From a virus, in IMG/VR virus record IMGVR_UViG_3300020129_000672, positions 13,211 to 77,210 of that record: a stretch of DNA of 64,000 nucleotides; one strand, 5' to 3'. Positions 44,253 to 52,930 of the stretch are shown in pieces. The notes below the pieces were generated by a model, which was given only the letters and a program-made list of their open reading frames with translations, was not told where the DNA came from and searched no databases. The translations under genes were made by a program, and so were the position numbers. The first letter of the stretch is position 1; every line of letters begins with the position of its first letter.

Positions 44253-44768
44253 ATGCCGACCGACACCGAACAGCAGAAGCCGACGGAGAGCGAACGGCGG
44301 ATCACCCGGGTGGTCGACCGCGGGATGCAGATGATCGTCTCGATGGCGAACAACGGCCGGGCCCATCGTCAGGCGTCGGGCACCGTCAGTGATCTCAAGA
44401 TCGGCATCTGCGTCGATGTGATCAGCAACTTTCGAGATTTGTACCAGAAGGCACTGCGGGAGTTGAATAAAAGCACTGATCACGAGACCAAGCGCGCGTA
44501 CTTCAAGGTCGCCCACCATTCGCTGGAGGCCATAACAGAGGCGGTGGAGGTCATGCCGGATATCGATGGCACTCCGCCCCTACCAGCCTCCCCAGTTCCG
44601 ACGGAGGATAAGGCGGTAAAGAAACGCCGACAATTTTCAGCCGCTGAGCCGGTGGATCAAACCCAGGTACCGGTCAGGCTGACGAACATAACGATCAATA
44701 ATCATGCAAGAAACGGCAGAGCAATCAAGCCAGTCGATGGAACGAGCCAAACCATCGACGGAGAGTAG
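44253..44768 (+). CDS. hypothetical protein
   Basis: 171 aa in the late operon. Confidence 0.6.
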   Translation: MPTDTEQQKPTESERRITRVVDRGMQMIVSMANNGRAHRQASGTVSDLKIGICVDVISNFRDLYQKALRELNKSTDHETKRAYFKVAHHSLEAITEAVEVMPDIDGTPPLPASPVPTEDKAVKKRRQFSAAEPVDQTQVPVRLTNITINNHARNGRAIKPVDGTSQTIDGE

Positions 44769-45381
44769 ACCACGGTTCTACTTTCTGCGGACGGGCGACC
44801 GGTCGGTCGTTTACAACGGAAAGCCCGTACCGTTCGTGAAGATCGGTGACGACCTGTCGTACTACATCACGGAAGACCAGCAGCTGGCGGACGGCCTACG
44901 TCAGGCGTACATCAAGCGGCTTCTGGCGGGTGTTGAAGAGGTGACGCGCGAGGTCTGGGCGGAAAAAAAAAGAATGGCTATCGAGCGGCAGTTCGAGCGC
45001 GATCGATCGTCACAGCAGCCGCTCAACCAGGTGCGGCTGCAAGGCAAGGTCGACCCGTTCGTGGGATCAGCCCGCCCCGCCGCAAATGTTGCGGGGGTTA
45101 GGCCCCGGCTGTCGACCGTCGTGCCCGACCCAAAGAACCCCACGCAGGAGAAGATCGCGCGTGACACCGCTCACGTCGTGGTGCCGCCCCCAACGAGTGC
45201 CGTCCCCAAGGCGGAGCTGATTGCACCGGCCGGCCCGTCGGACGTCGTGGCAGGCCCGCCAGGGCCCTTGCCGGCCCCTTCTGTACCGCTACCTAAACCA
45301 CCACCTGCTCCCCCAAAGGGCCAGAAGACGGGAAAGGTTCCAGCCAAAGCGGTGGTCAAGGCGGTGGACGATGAGTTCTGA
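44704..45381 (+). CDS. hypothetical protein, Pro-rich C-terminus
   Basis: 225 aa. Confidence 0.6.
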   Translation: MQETAEQSSQSMERAKPSTESRPRFYFLRTGDRSVVYNGKPVPFVKIGDDLSYYITEDQQLADGLRQAYIKRLLAGVEEVTREVWAEKKRMAIERQFERDRSSQQPLNQVRLQGKVDPFVGSARPAANVAGVRPRLSTVVPDPKNPTQEKIARDTAHVVVPPPTSAVPKAELIAPAGPSDVVAGPPGPLPAPSVPLPKPPPAPPKGQKTGKVPAKAVVKAVDDEF

Positions 45382-45418
45382 CCTTCCTACGTTTTGATCT
45401 GCTTCCTACATTTAACCC

Positions 45419-46186
45419 GTGACCTACCTAGATTTACTTCAGCTGGTAAAGCCACAGGTTTGGCCGGAGGAGATTGCGACGAACCTGATCGCGCAATTCC
45501 GCCAGGACTTTCGGACCGCCTTGGTCGACCTGCAGGGGAATGTCAAAATGCTGCAGGTCGGTCAGTCGGACACCAAGGATTTTGGTAGCACCTTCTGGCG
45601 GTGTAACGCCACCTATCTGTACATTCCGCCGCTCGTGCGGTTCTCCCGCGTTCAGATCGTGGATCAGACAGATCCGGATCCAAAGATCTGTTGTGTTACC
45701 CGGGCCGACCCGGTGTCGGCCGATCGGATGGAGTGTCATGAGCGAACGTGCCGAACGCTCGTTCTGCCCGATACGGGTGAGCCTAACAGTGATGGGTTTT
45801 ACACACCAGATCCGGCGCTTGATCCGACGGTTGATCCATCGAGCTACGAGACGGCGATCGTCAACGGCAACCTCGCGATCTGGCCGGCCATCCCGAGCAC
45901 TAAAGGAGTGCAATATTCGTACTCTGGGGTGAAGCGTACTTGGCTTGATGCCGACCCATTGCCTGATCTGTGGGTGATCGACAACGAGTGTGACCCGGAG
46001 ATCATTGACTACATCTGCTGGTTCTTGCGGCGGATCAAAGACCGGTGCGACCTCGCGAAGTACCAGACGGCTGATCGGGAATTTGTCGCCCGTCGGCAGA
46101 ACATGATGAGCGATCTGGCGCGGGACGAGAAATGGCGGTTGGATCTCCTGCGTCCGTGTGCCATCAGTTGCCCCAATAGTTGCTAG
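45419..46186 (+). CDS. putative head-tail adaptor
   Basis: MTYLDL start and IWPAIP motif typical of podovirus adaptors; position; TTCCTA-17-TACATT-6-GTG. Confidence 0.55.
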   Translation: MTYLDLLQLVKPQVWPEEIATNLIAQFRQDFRTALVDLQGNVKMLQVGQSDTKDFGSTFWRCNATYLYIPPLVRFSRVQIVDQTDPDPKICCVTRADPVSADRMECHERTCRTLVLPDTGEPNSDGFYTPDPALDPTVDPSSYETAIVNGNLAIWPAIPSTKGVQYSYSGVKRTWLDADPLPDLWVIDNECDPEIIDYICWFLRRIKDRCDLAKYQTADREFVARRQNMMSDLARDEKWRLDLLRPCAISCPNSC

Positions 46187-46189
46187 CTT

Positions 46190-47131
46190 ATGCCAGTTCC
46201 AGACGGAGCCCTACCACCGGTCTTCACCGGCCCGCTTAACCCAAGCAGCGACATCTGCGATGCGTTCACCCGGTTGATCGGCCTGCGTGAGCAGCTGGGG
46301 ATTCTCATCAGCTGGATGTTCAAGGACGATGGGACGATCAATGACGGTCTCAATGCCGAGCTCTACAAGTGGATTTACGGCCCACTGACAGCCAGCGGGA
46401 CGGGCGGGGAGTATGTACTGACATCGACCCTGCCGTACGCCAATCCCTACACGATTAACTACCCGGGTCGAATCGTCTTCTTCATCGCCTCGCACGACTC
46501 GCCCGACAGTTCGGTCGGCAGCACGATCAAGCTCTATCTGATTGACCCACTGCCGTTGCTCAACCTTTACGGCGTGTCGCTCGAGGCGGGTGATATTCGA
46601 AACGGCCAGGTGGTGGGGGCGATTTTTGACGGAACGAACTGGCGGGCGTTTACCAGCATCAGCCGGATTTCGCTCGACCAGCTTGAGGGTGGAGCAGAGG
46701 GTGATTTTCTACGCAGCCGAGATGTTGGCGGAAAACAACACGTGGTGTCGGAAGGGTATTACCGAACGCCCGATGATGGACTGGTGGCAGTTCCGGCCGC
46801 CGGATCGGCCGCGACGTTCTCGCATGGGTTCTCCAAGAAGCCGTTGTTCTACGGTGTGGATCTGGTCTGTATCGCGACCGATCTTGGATACTCGGCCGGG
46901 ACCGGACCGGATGATGCGGACGAAGTTCAGGTGGCAGCCACCTCTTATTTTGATTCAACCTTCAATGATCAGAATTCGCCTACCATTTCCGTCAGCCCGA
47001 CGACCATCCGGATGATTCAACGGCCGGTCGGTCAGCCAAATGCTTTACGGATCGCCAACAAGACGACGGGCGCCCAGTCGGAGATTGATCCAACTAAATG
47101 GAAACTTCGCGCCTGGGCAGTCGCACGATGA
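46190..47131 (+). CDS. tail fibre-like protein (no signal peptide)
   Basis: L.AGDI.NGQVV.AIFDGTNW fibre module; C-terminal HG...DLGYS.G...KWKL domain. Confidence 0.65.
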   Translation: MPVPDGALPPVFTGPLNPSSDICDAFTRLIGLREQLGILISWMFKDDGTINDGLNAELYKWIYGPLTASGTGGEYVLTSTLPYANPYTINYPGRIVFFIASHDSPDSSVGSTIKLYLIDPLPLLNLYGVSLEAGDIRNGQVVGAIFDGTNWRAFTSISRISLDQLEGGAEGDFLRSRDVGGKQHVVSEGYYRTPDDGLVAVPAAGSAATFSHGFSKKPLFYGVDLVCIATDLGYSAGTGPDDADEVQVAATSYFDSTFNDQNSPTISVSPTTIRMIQRPVGQPNALRIANKTTGAQSEIDPTKWKLRAWAVAR

Positions 47132-47134
47132 TCT

Positions 47135-50100
47135 ATGCCATGCGGGAAGGAGATCACGAATGAACCTCTGTTGGGCGGGCTCGATCTTCGCAACCAACGG
47201 GGAACCGGTCGGCAGCAGGATTTTGAGCTGCTGCTGAATGTCGATGGGTCGGCCGAAGACGGGTACTTTCGCGGCAGTGGCTGGCGCCGTTACCTCTACG
47301 ACCAACTTTGCCCGGGCGGGACGATCATCACCCCGCCACCAAGCTTTGCCATTTGGTCAGGCCGGGTTGGGTTGGATGCGGCCGGCACGTGGATTACCGA
47401 TGAGTCGTCACTGCTGGCCCCCCAGTTCCTGTTTTGGGGTGGGCTCGAGCAGAGCAAGCTGGCGACCGTCACGCAGGATACACCGGCCGGTAACTTCGCG
47501 TTCACCACTCCGGATGGTGCGGCACTGACCGTCACTTATTCCGACTCGATCGTCGTTCAATCCGGACCATGGAGCCTTCCACTGTCGATCCAGCAGTTCG
47601 ATGACACGGCGCTTGGTCGACCACTGTCGGTCGACATCCAGTACACGACGCTCCTCCGGACGGCCCCTGCGGTGGAGAATCTGGATGGCGGGGCCCAGAC
47701 GGTGACAATCGGCGCGACCGGCACGGTTGATTTCAGCTACCCGTCGACCGACGTCCTTGATTCATTACCATCAACCGCAACGGTCAACGTCCCGCTCCTG
47801 GCGTACGACGGGGTGACGGACGACGCCGAGACATCCGGCTTCACCCAAAGCCCATCGATCGCCCACAATGAAACGCTGAGTACAACCCTCACCAGTTCGA
47901 GTCCCGAGTGGCCGGATCTGATTGGCCAGACGTCCGCTGTGTTCGGCGCCGCTGGAAGTGTCAGCCCTATCGGATCGTCCAGTCCGGGCCCGACCAATCT
48001 TGATCTGCACTTTGGCGAGAACGGGGTGGGCGCTCAGATGGATCTGACGTGGCACTACCGGCCGTTCGTCGGCTACTGGATCTACTTGATCGACGACCTC
48101 GCCCAATGGCACCCCACGTCGTTCAAGCTGCTGTCGGACGACAGCAACCTTCCGATGGCCAGCCTGGCCGATCTGGGCGGGCCGGCGGTAAACAGGGGAG
48201 AGATCAATGGATTTGGCTACGAGGTGGTGCAGGATTTTGGGAGCGGCGTGTTCAAGCTCTTTCGTTCAAAATTTCAACTGACGGACGGCTCGGACGACAC
48301 GGTGGTTGTGACCGGCACCAGCCCGGGTCCAACGACCTCCACCACCCCCGGCTCGTACGGCAATCAGGATCTGCACGATCAGATGTGGCAGTCGCGGCAG
48401 GTGGTGGACATCAGTCCGGAGGTCGTGCTGGCCAACCCATCGGCCGGCAGTAGCCCCTGTCTGGAGTGGAAGATCCGGCTGAAGGCCAACCGTTATGCCG
48501 TGCGGATCGGTCATCTGTATCTTCGGCTCGAGTATCAGTCGGGGGCTGGCAATGGCTTCAAAGAGGTGGACATCGTGGTGGCGATGACGACCGCCGTGTG
48601 GCTGACGTTTGCCCTGCCGGGTGACGCACACGATATTCACATCACCCGACTGTCCGGCCTGATCGATTCGAAGTTCACCCAGACGGCGACGACCATCGAC
48701 TGCGGGGCCAGTACGATCATTGAGAGTGGAGATGATGCGTGCAGCCCGTATTTGCCGTATGAACGGTCAGAGATATCCCTGCTGAAGAGCGTCACGAGCT
48801 CGAGCAAGAAGCGTCGGCTGTTTGCCGGTACGCGTGACACGCTGTTCGTCAACGACGATCTGGCGGGCAACTGGCGGGTGATCGCCGATGGGTTGGGCGG
48901 TGAGTGTGGGGCGGAGGATAAGGATACCAGCCTGTCGTTCAAGGTCGAGACGCTGGGAGACATCGCGATCTTTACCAACGGCCTTGATCTGGTTTTGGAG
49001 TTTCAACTGAACGATCCACCGCTGGGGGCCCTTCAGTGGTCGGCCGATTATGTGGCGGACCTCCAGGCGCTGCGGATCACCTCCGCTAAAGTCATAGGGA
49101 AGTACCAGGGATTTATCCTGCTGGCGGATATCACGCAGGACGGCCGGTCAAAACCCGGGACGATCATCTGGAGCGACTACAACGATGCTCGGTCGTGGGT
49201 GCCGGGCGGTAACTCAGCCGCCGGCTTTCAGGACTTTGGACGGGGTGAGATCGTCCTGGCGATTGAACCGATCGGTGGATCGCTCAGGGTCTACACCAGC
49301 CAAGCGATCTACGACGGTCGGTTGGTCGATGGTCCAGCGATCTTTGCCTTCGATGAGATCCACCGGTTTGAGGACGATGAGGCGTCGGTCCTGCGGTATC
49401 CCAACACGTTGGTCAATGTCGGGAACGTCCATTACTACCTGGGGGTCGACAGCATTTACAGCACGACCGTCTACGATCGGGCACCTCAGCGAGTGGAATG
49501 GATGTATGTGGCGGCCGGCGCAATCTTTGTCGGCCTGCCGGCGGTGGTCGTCCAGGGCCTGCCTGATCTCGCCAGTTACGGACCGGTCGATAAAGGGCGG
49601 TGTCGCCTGCCGGTCGGTGGGTTTGATGCACTGCACGGTGCCGTCTGGTTCAGCTGGCCGACCACCACACAGGGGTCGAATGATCTGACACTTGTGCTGT
49701 GGCCGCGGTATCATAAGGCCAGCCTTATCAACCAGGGGTTCACTGCTTTTACCAACCACCGGCCGGACCGGATGATGACGCTCAGGGATTGGGAGGACCG
49801 ACAGGGAATCTGTTCGGCCAACGATCAGCTGCTGCCAAAGGAGGGGGCGGCCTGTGATGCCGGTAACGAGATGGTGGCCTACCCCTATTTGTACAACGCG
49901 ACGGAGAGCACGGCCCTGCCGATGGATCCCGCCAGCGCGATCGCCGCCATGTGCGGTCAGTGTCTGGAAGACCTGTGCGCCGATTGTGATGCTGACAGTC
50001 GGTTCCTAATGGCGATCACCGGTGACGATATATCGATCAAAGAGTATACCGGGTGCGGCGTACGGGAGGCTCTGACCGGTCACATCGTTCAGCCGTTTCC

Positions 50101-50488
50101 TGCCCTGTCAGTCGGTTGCTACGAGAATCGCGGTTACCTGTCGGTCCTCCAACGCCGGCTCTTTCGGTACGGGACGACGAATGATAAGGAGTGTAGTGGG
50201 ATGAAGCTCAACGTGTCGTCCGATGGCTTAACCATGATGGTCGGGCAGATCGGGATGACCGACTGTGCGGACACCACCAGGTGGTCCTTGCCGTTCACCC
50301 GACAGGTCTGCGACTCGAACCTGACGGTCATCACCGATCCTCTCGCCTCAGGCGCGCGGTTCAAGGACGGCCAGTATTTCCCGTTCTATGAGCGTGGGCA
50401 GTTCGTTACCTGTCGTATTTATGTCACGGGGTTGGACGGTTGTTTCCGGATCAGCGCTTCGACGCTTAAACTGATGGAGGTCTGTTAA
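47135..50488 (+). CDS. putative tail nozzle/stabilisation protein with inserted domains
   Basis: 1117 aa; beta-propeller-like segments (IFTNG, IIWSD, W...NSAAGFQD, YYLGVDSIY). Confidence 0.6.
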   Translation: MPCGKEITNEPLLGGLDLRNQRGTGRQQDFELLLNVDGSAEDGYFRGSGWRRYLYDQLCPGGTIITPPPSFAIWSGRVGLDAAGTWITDESSLLAPQFLFWGGLEQSKLATVTQDTPAGNFAFTTPDGAALTVTYSDSIVVQSGPWSLPLSIQQFDDTALGRPLSVDIQYTTLLRTAPAVENLDGGAQTVTIGATGTVDFSYPSTDVLDSLPSTATVNVPLLAYDGVTDDAETSGFTQSPSIAHNETLSTTLTSSSPEWPDLIGQTSAVFGAAGSVSPIGSSSPGPTNLDLHFGENGVGAQMDLTWHYRPFVGYWIYLIDDLAQWHPTSFKLLSDDSNLPMASLADLGGPAVNRGEINGFGYEVVQDFGSGVFKLFRSKFQLTDGSDDTVVVTGTSPGPTTSTTPGSYGNQDLHDQMWQSRQVVDISPEVVLANPSAGSSPCLEWKIRLKANRYAVRIGHLYLRLEYQSGAGNGFKEVDIVVAMTTAVWLTFALPGDAHDIHITRLSGLIDSKFTQTATTIDCGASTIIESGDDACSPYLPYERSEISLLKSVTSSSKKRRLFAGTRDTLFVNDDLAGNWRVIADGLGGECGAEDKDTSLSFKVETLGDIAIFTNGLDLVLEFQLNDPPLGALQWSADYVADLQALRITSAKVIGKYQGFILLADITQDGRSKPGTIIWSDYNDARSWVPGGNSAAGFQDFGRGEIVLAIEPIGGSLRVYTSQAIYDGRLVDGPAIFAFDEIHRFEDDEASVLRYPNTLVNVGNVHYYLGVDSIYSTTVYDRAPQRVEWMYVAAGAIFVGLPAVVVQGLPDLASYGPVDKGRCRLPVGGFDALHGAVWFSWPTTTQGSNDLTLVLWPRYHKASLINQGFTAFTNHRPDRMMTLRDWEDRQGICSANDQLLPKEGAACDAGNEMVAYPYLYNATESTALPMDPASAIAAMCGQCLEDLCADCDADSRFLMAITGDDISIKEYTGCGVREALTGHIVQPFPALSVGCYENRGYLSVLQRRLFRYGTTNDKECSGMKLNVSSDGLTMMVGQIGMTDCADTTRWSLPFTRQVCDSNLTVITDPLASGARFKDGQYFPFYERGQFVTCRIYVTGLDGCFRISASTLKLMEVC

Positions 50489-50493
50489 CGACG

Positions 50494-50682
50494 ATGGCCA
50501 CCCAGAATTCCAATGCGAGCCGGATGATTCCGCCGCAGGTTCCGCGGCTCAAAGAATTCCCGCCCTTCCCGACCCTTGAGGAATCGTGTCCGGATCTGGT
50601 CCGGCGTTTCCCGGAGTTGCGGGAGTTTGATCGACGGGCTAAGCAGTGGATCGAACGGATCAAACAGGGAAATCAAGTCTAA
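50494..50682 (+). CDS. small hypothetical protein
   Basis: 62 aa filling the gap. Confidence 0.5.
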   Translation: MATQNSNASRMIPPQVPRLKEFPPFPTLEESCPDLVRRFPELREFDRRAKQWIERIKQGNQV

Positions 50683-50718
50683 GTTGCTTCCGTCTTTCCA
50701 ACCAACCATCATCTCATC

Positions 50719-51750
50719 ATGTCGAGCGTATTCAATCTCGGGGGAGTCCTCGGCGCAATCTTCCCCGGGAAGGACCAGCAGATCTATTACAGCAATGCGC
50801 TGAAGGATCTGCAGGATCGCCTGACCGCCCAGGGCGGGACCAACCTCGACCAGAACAATGCGTCGCTCGCTCAGTTCGGAACCGACGTCGGGGCGGCACG
50901 AACGAACCTCCTGGGCCTCACACCGGGTGATCAGGCGCTGTACGGCGGGATTGCCGCCAAGCTGGCGGCCAGTAATCCGATAGCCGACCGTGGAGCGATC
51001 GGTCAGCAGAACATTGGACTGTTTGATCAGCTGGCTAAACGGATTGGCAGTGAGACGTCGTTGGCCGACAAGATTCAATCGGCTCGCCTGGGTTATGGCG
51101 AGCAGGGGCCAAGCACTTACGGTCAGACGTTGATCGCCGATCGGACGCAGAAGAATCTGGCACCCGCCTTGGCCGGCCTATTCAACGATCTGAGCGGGCA
51201 GACGAGCAATTTGGCGGCCACCCGGCGGGCCGACTACGGAGGAGCCGATGCTGCTATCCAAGCCCGGGCGGCCGTACCGACCCGCGTGCTGTCGCTCGAC
51301 CTCGCGCCGATCCAGGCGCGGAACGATACGCTGGGCGCGCAGCAGAATCTGGTTGGTCAGGGGGTGGGCAACATCAAGGCCGACACTGCAGGCTTCAAGC
51401 ATATCGACAACAAGTTCGTTGGCGCGACCAAGGCGATTGACACGAGTCTCAACTCGGCGCTCGACACCTACCTGTCGCTCTATGGTGGTGGTTTGATGGG
51501 CGGTGGTGGAGGGGCGGGCGGTGGTGCTGGCGGTATGCTTGGTGGATTGATGGGCGGTGGAGGTGGATCGGGTGGCGGCAATAACGGCCAGCTCGTACAG
51601 CTGCTTACCCAATTGATGGCCAGCCGTAATGGTGGTGGCGGTTATGGTGGCGGTTATGGCGGCGGTTATCTGTCAGGTATCAATCAGCCCTATACTGGAG
51701 CTGGATATTCCGATCCGTCTGGTGGGTATGTTCCGTACGAAGGAGGATGA
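50719..51750 (+). CDS. putative ejection/DNA pilot protein
   Basis: Gly/Ala/Gln-rich; GGVLGAIF N-terminus; follows the nozzle gene. Confidence 0.6.
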   Translation: MSSVFNLGGVLGAIFPGKDQQIYYSNALKDLQDRLTAQGGTNLDQNNASLAQFGTDVGAARTNLLGLTPGDQALYGGIAAKLAASNPIADRGAIGQQNIGLFDQLAKRIGSETSLADKIQSARLGYGEQGPSTYGQTLIADRTQKNLAPALAGLFNDLSGQTSNLAATRRADYGGADAAIQARAAVPTRVLSLDLAPIQARNDTLGAQQNLVGQGVGNIKADTAGFKHIDNKFVGATKAIDTSLNSALDTYLSLYGGGLMGGGGGAGGGAGGMLGGLMGGGGGSGGGNNGQLVQLLTQLMASRNGGGGYGGGYGGGYLSGINQPYTGAGYSDPSGGYVPYEGG

Positions 51751-51753
51751 TTT

Positions 51754-52923
51754 ATGGCCGTACTTTATTCTGATACTTTCGGCGGGCTCGGCGCGGCCGA
51801 CATCGCGCAGCAGGATGCGGCGACCCGCAACCAGGCGCAGCAATTGGCATTCCTCGTCAACTTAGCGAACCAACGGAACCTGGCCGAACAGACGGCGAGC
51901 AAAGAACGGTTGGGCAATCGCGGTTATCAATCGGAGGATCTTCGGACGACCACCGGGGCTGACACTAGTCGGTACGCGACGGACGCTCGGGCGGAGGAGG
52001 CGAAGAATCAGTACATCTTGAACACCGTGCTGGCGCAGAATGCGGCCAACCGTGGAGCGACGGCCGATCAGATTGCTTTCCAGACGGCGGCTGAGACGGC
52101 GCGCCATAACATGGCAACCGAAGCTCAGGGAGCGGCTTTGCCCGGTCAGCAGATAGACTTAGAAAAACTGCGATTGGAGGCCGCTCGACAGATGGCGATT
52201 GCTGGTGGGAACCAGCGGTTGGCGGAGGACAATCTCAAGTACGGTGGTCCGATGGGGCAGCTGAAGATGTTGCAGGATCAGGCGGACACCGCGAAAGAGC
52301 AGCAGGTGGCGGATACTATAAACACTACGGTCGATCAGAATCACCACTGGGCGATCAATCCATTTACGGACAGTGATGCTGCTAAAAAGACGGCCCTCCA
52401 AAAGTTGATTAACGATAATAATCTCGGAGACCGGCTGGCGATTATTGTTGGCGAGAACGGAACACCAAAGGCGGTATCTCGAAAGTTGATGGGGATACTT
52501 CCAACGACCACCGGCCAACTTGGCGGATCTGATGTGGGTCTGAACGCTCAAGGCAATGACGCGGCCAACCCCGGGGCCGGCCCTCAGGCCAATCCCGCGC
52601 CATCGCCCACACTGCTCAATGCACCGGTCCAACCAGCAGCGGCCGGGAATCCGACGCTCAATGCTCTTCGTCGATTATTCAGTCTGCCGCCTAATGGTCT
52701 TCAGACTAATGTTGTTCCTGGTCGCCCGGTCGTGCCCGTGGCGGCGGTCGCTCCAACGCCCATCCCGCGGGCGGCCGACGGGTCGTACTTGATCTACGAC
52801 ACAAAGGGTGTACTGCGATCGACGCCCAGCCTGGCTGAAGCGTTGGCCTATCTGAAGACCGGTTTTACCATCACTCGTCCGCAGTTGCAGCCGAGCGTGC
52901 AGGACATTCCGCAGAACCAATAG
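51754..52923 (+). CDS. putative ejection protein
   Basis: Ala/Gln-rich helical; AETARHNMATE motif seen in pilot/internal proteins. Confidence 0.6.
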   Translation: MAVLYSDTFGGLGAADIAQQDAATRNQAQQLAFLVNLANQRNLAEQTASKERLGNRGYQSEDLRTTTGADTSRYATDARAEEAKNQYILNTVLAQNAANRGATADQIAFQTAAETARHNMATEAQGAALPGQQIDLEKLRLEAARQMAIAGGNQRLAEDNLKYGGPMGQLKMLQDQADTAKEQQVADTINTTVDQNHHWAINPFTDSDAAKKTALQKLINDNNLGDRLAIIVGENGTPKAVSRKLMGILPTTTGQLGGSDVGLNAQGNDAANPGAGPQANPAPSPTLLNAPVQPAAAGNPTLNALRRLFSLPPNGLQTNVVPGRPVVPVAAVAPTPIPRAADGSYLIYDTKGVLRSTPSLAEALAYLKTGFTITRPQLQPSVQDIPQNQ

Positions 52924-52930
52924 ACGTCAA

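Noticed and set aside
44963-44971. A9 run as a programmed -1 frameshift
   Set aside because: The -1 frame stops after about 45 codons, and there is no tape-measure or chaperone context.
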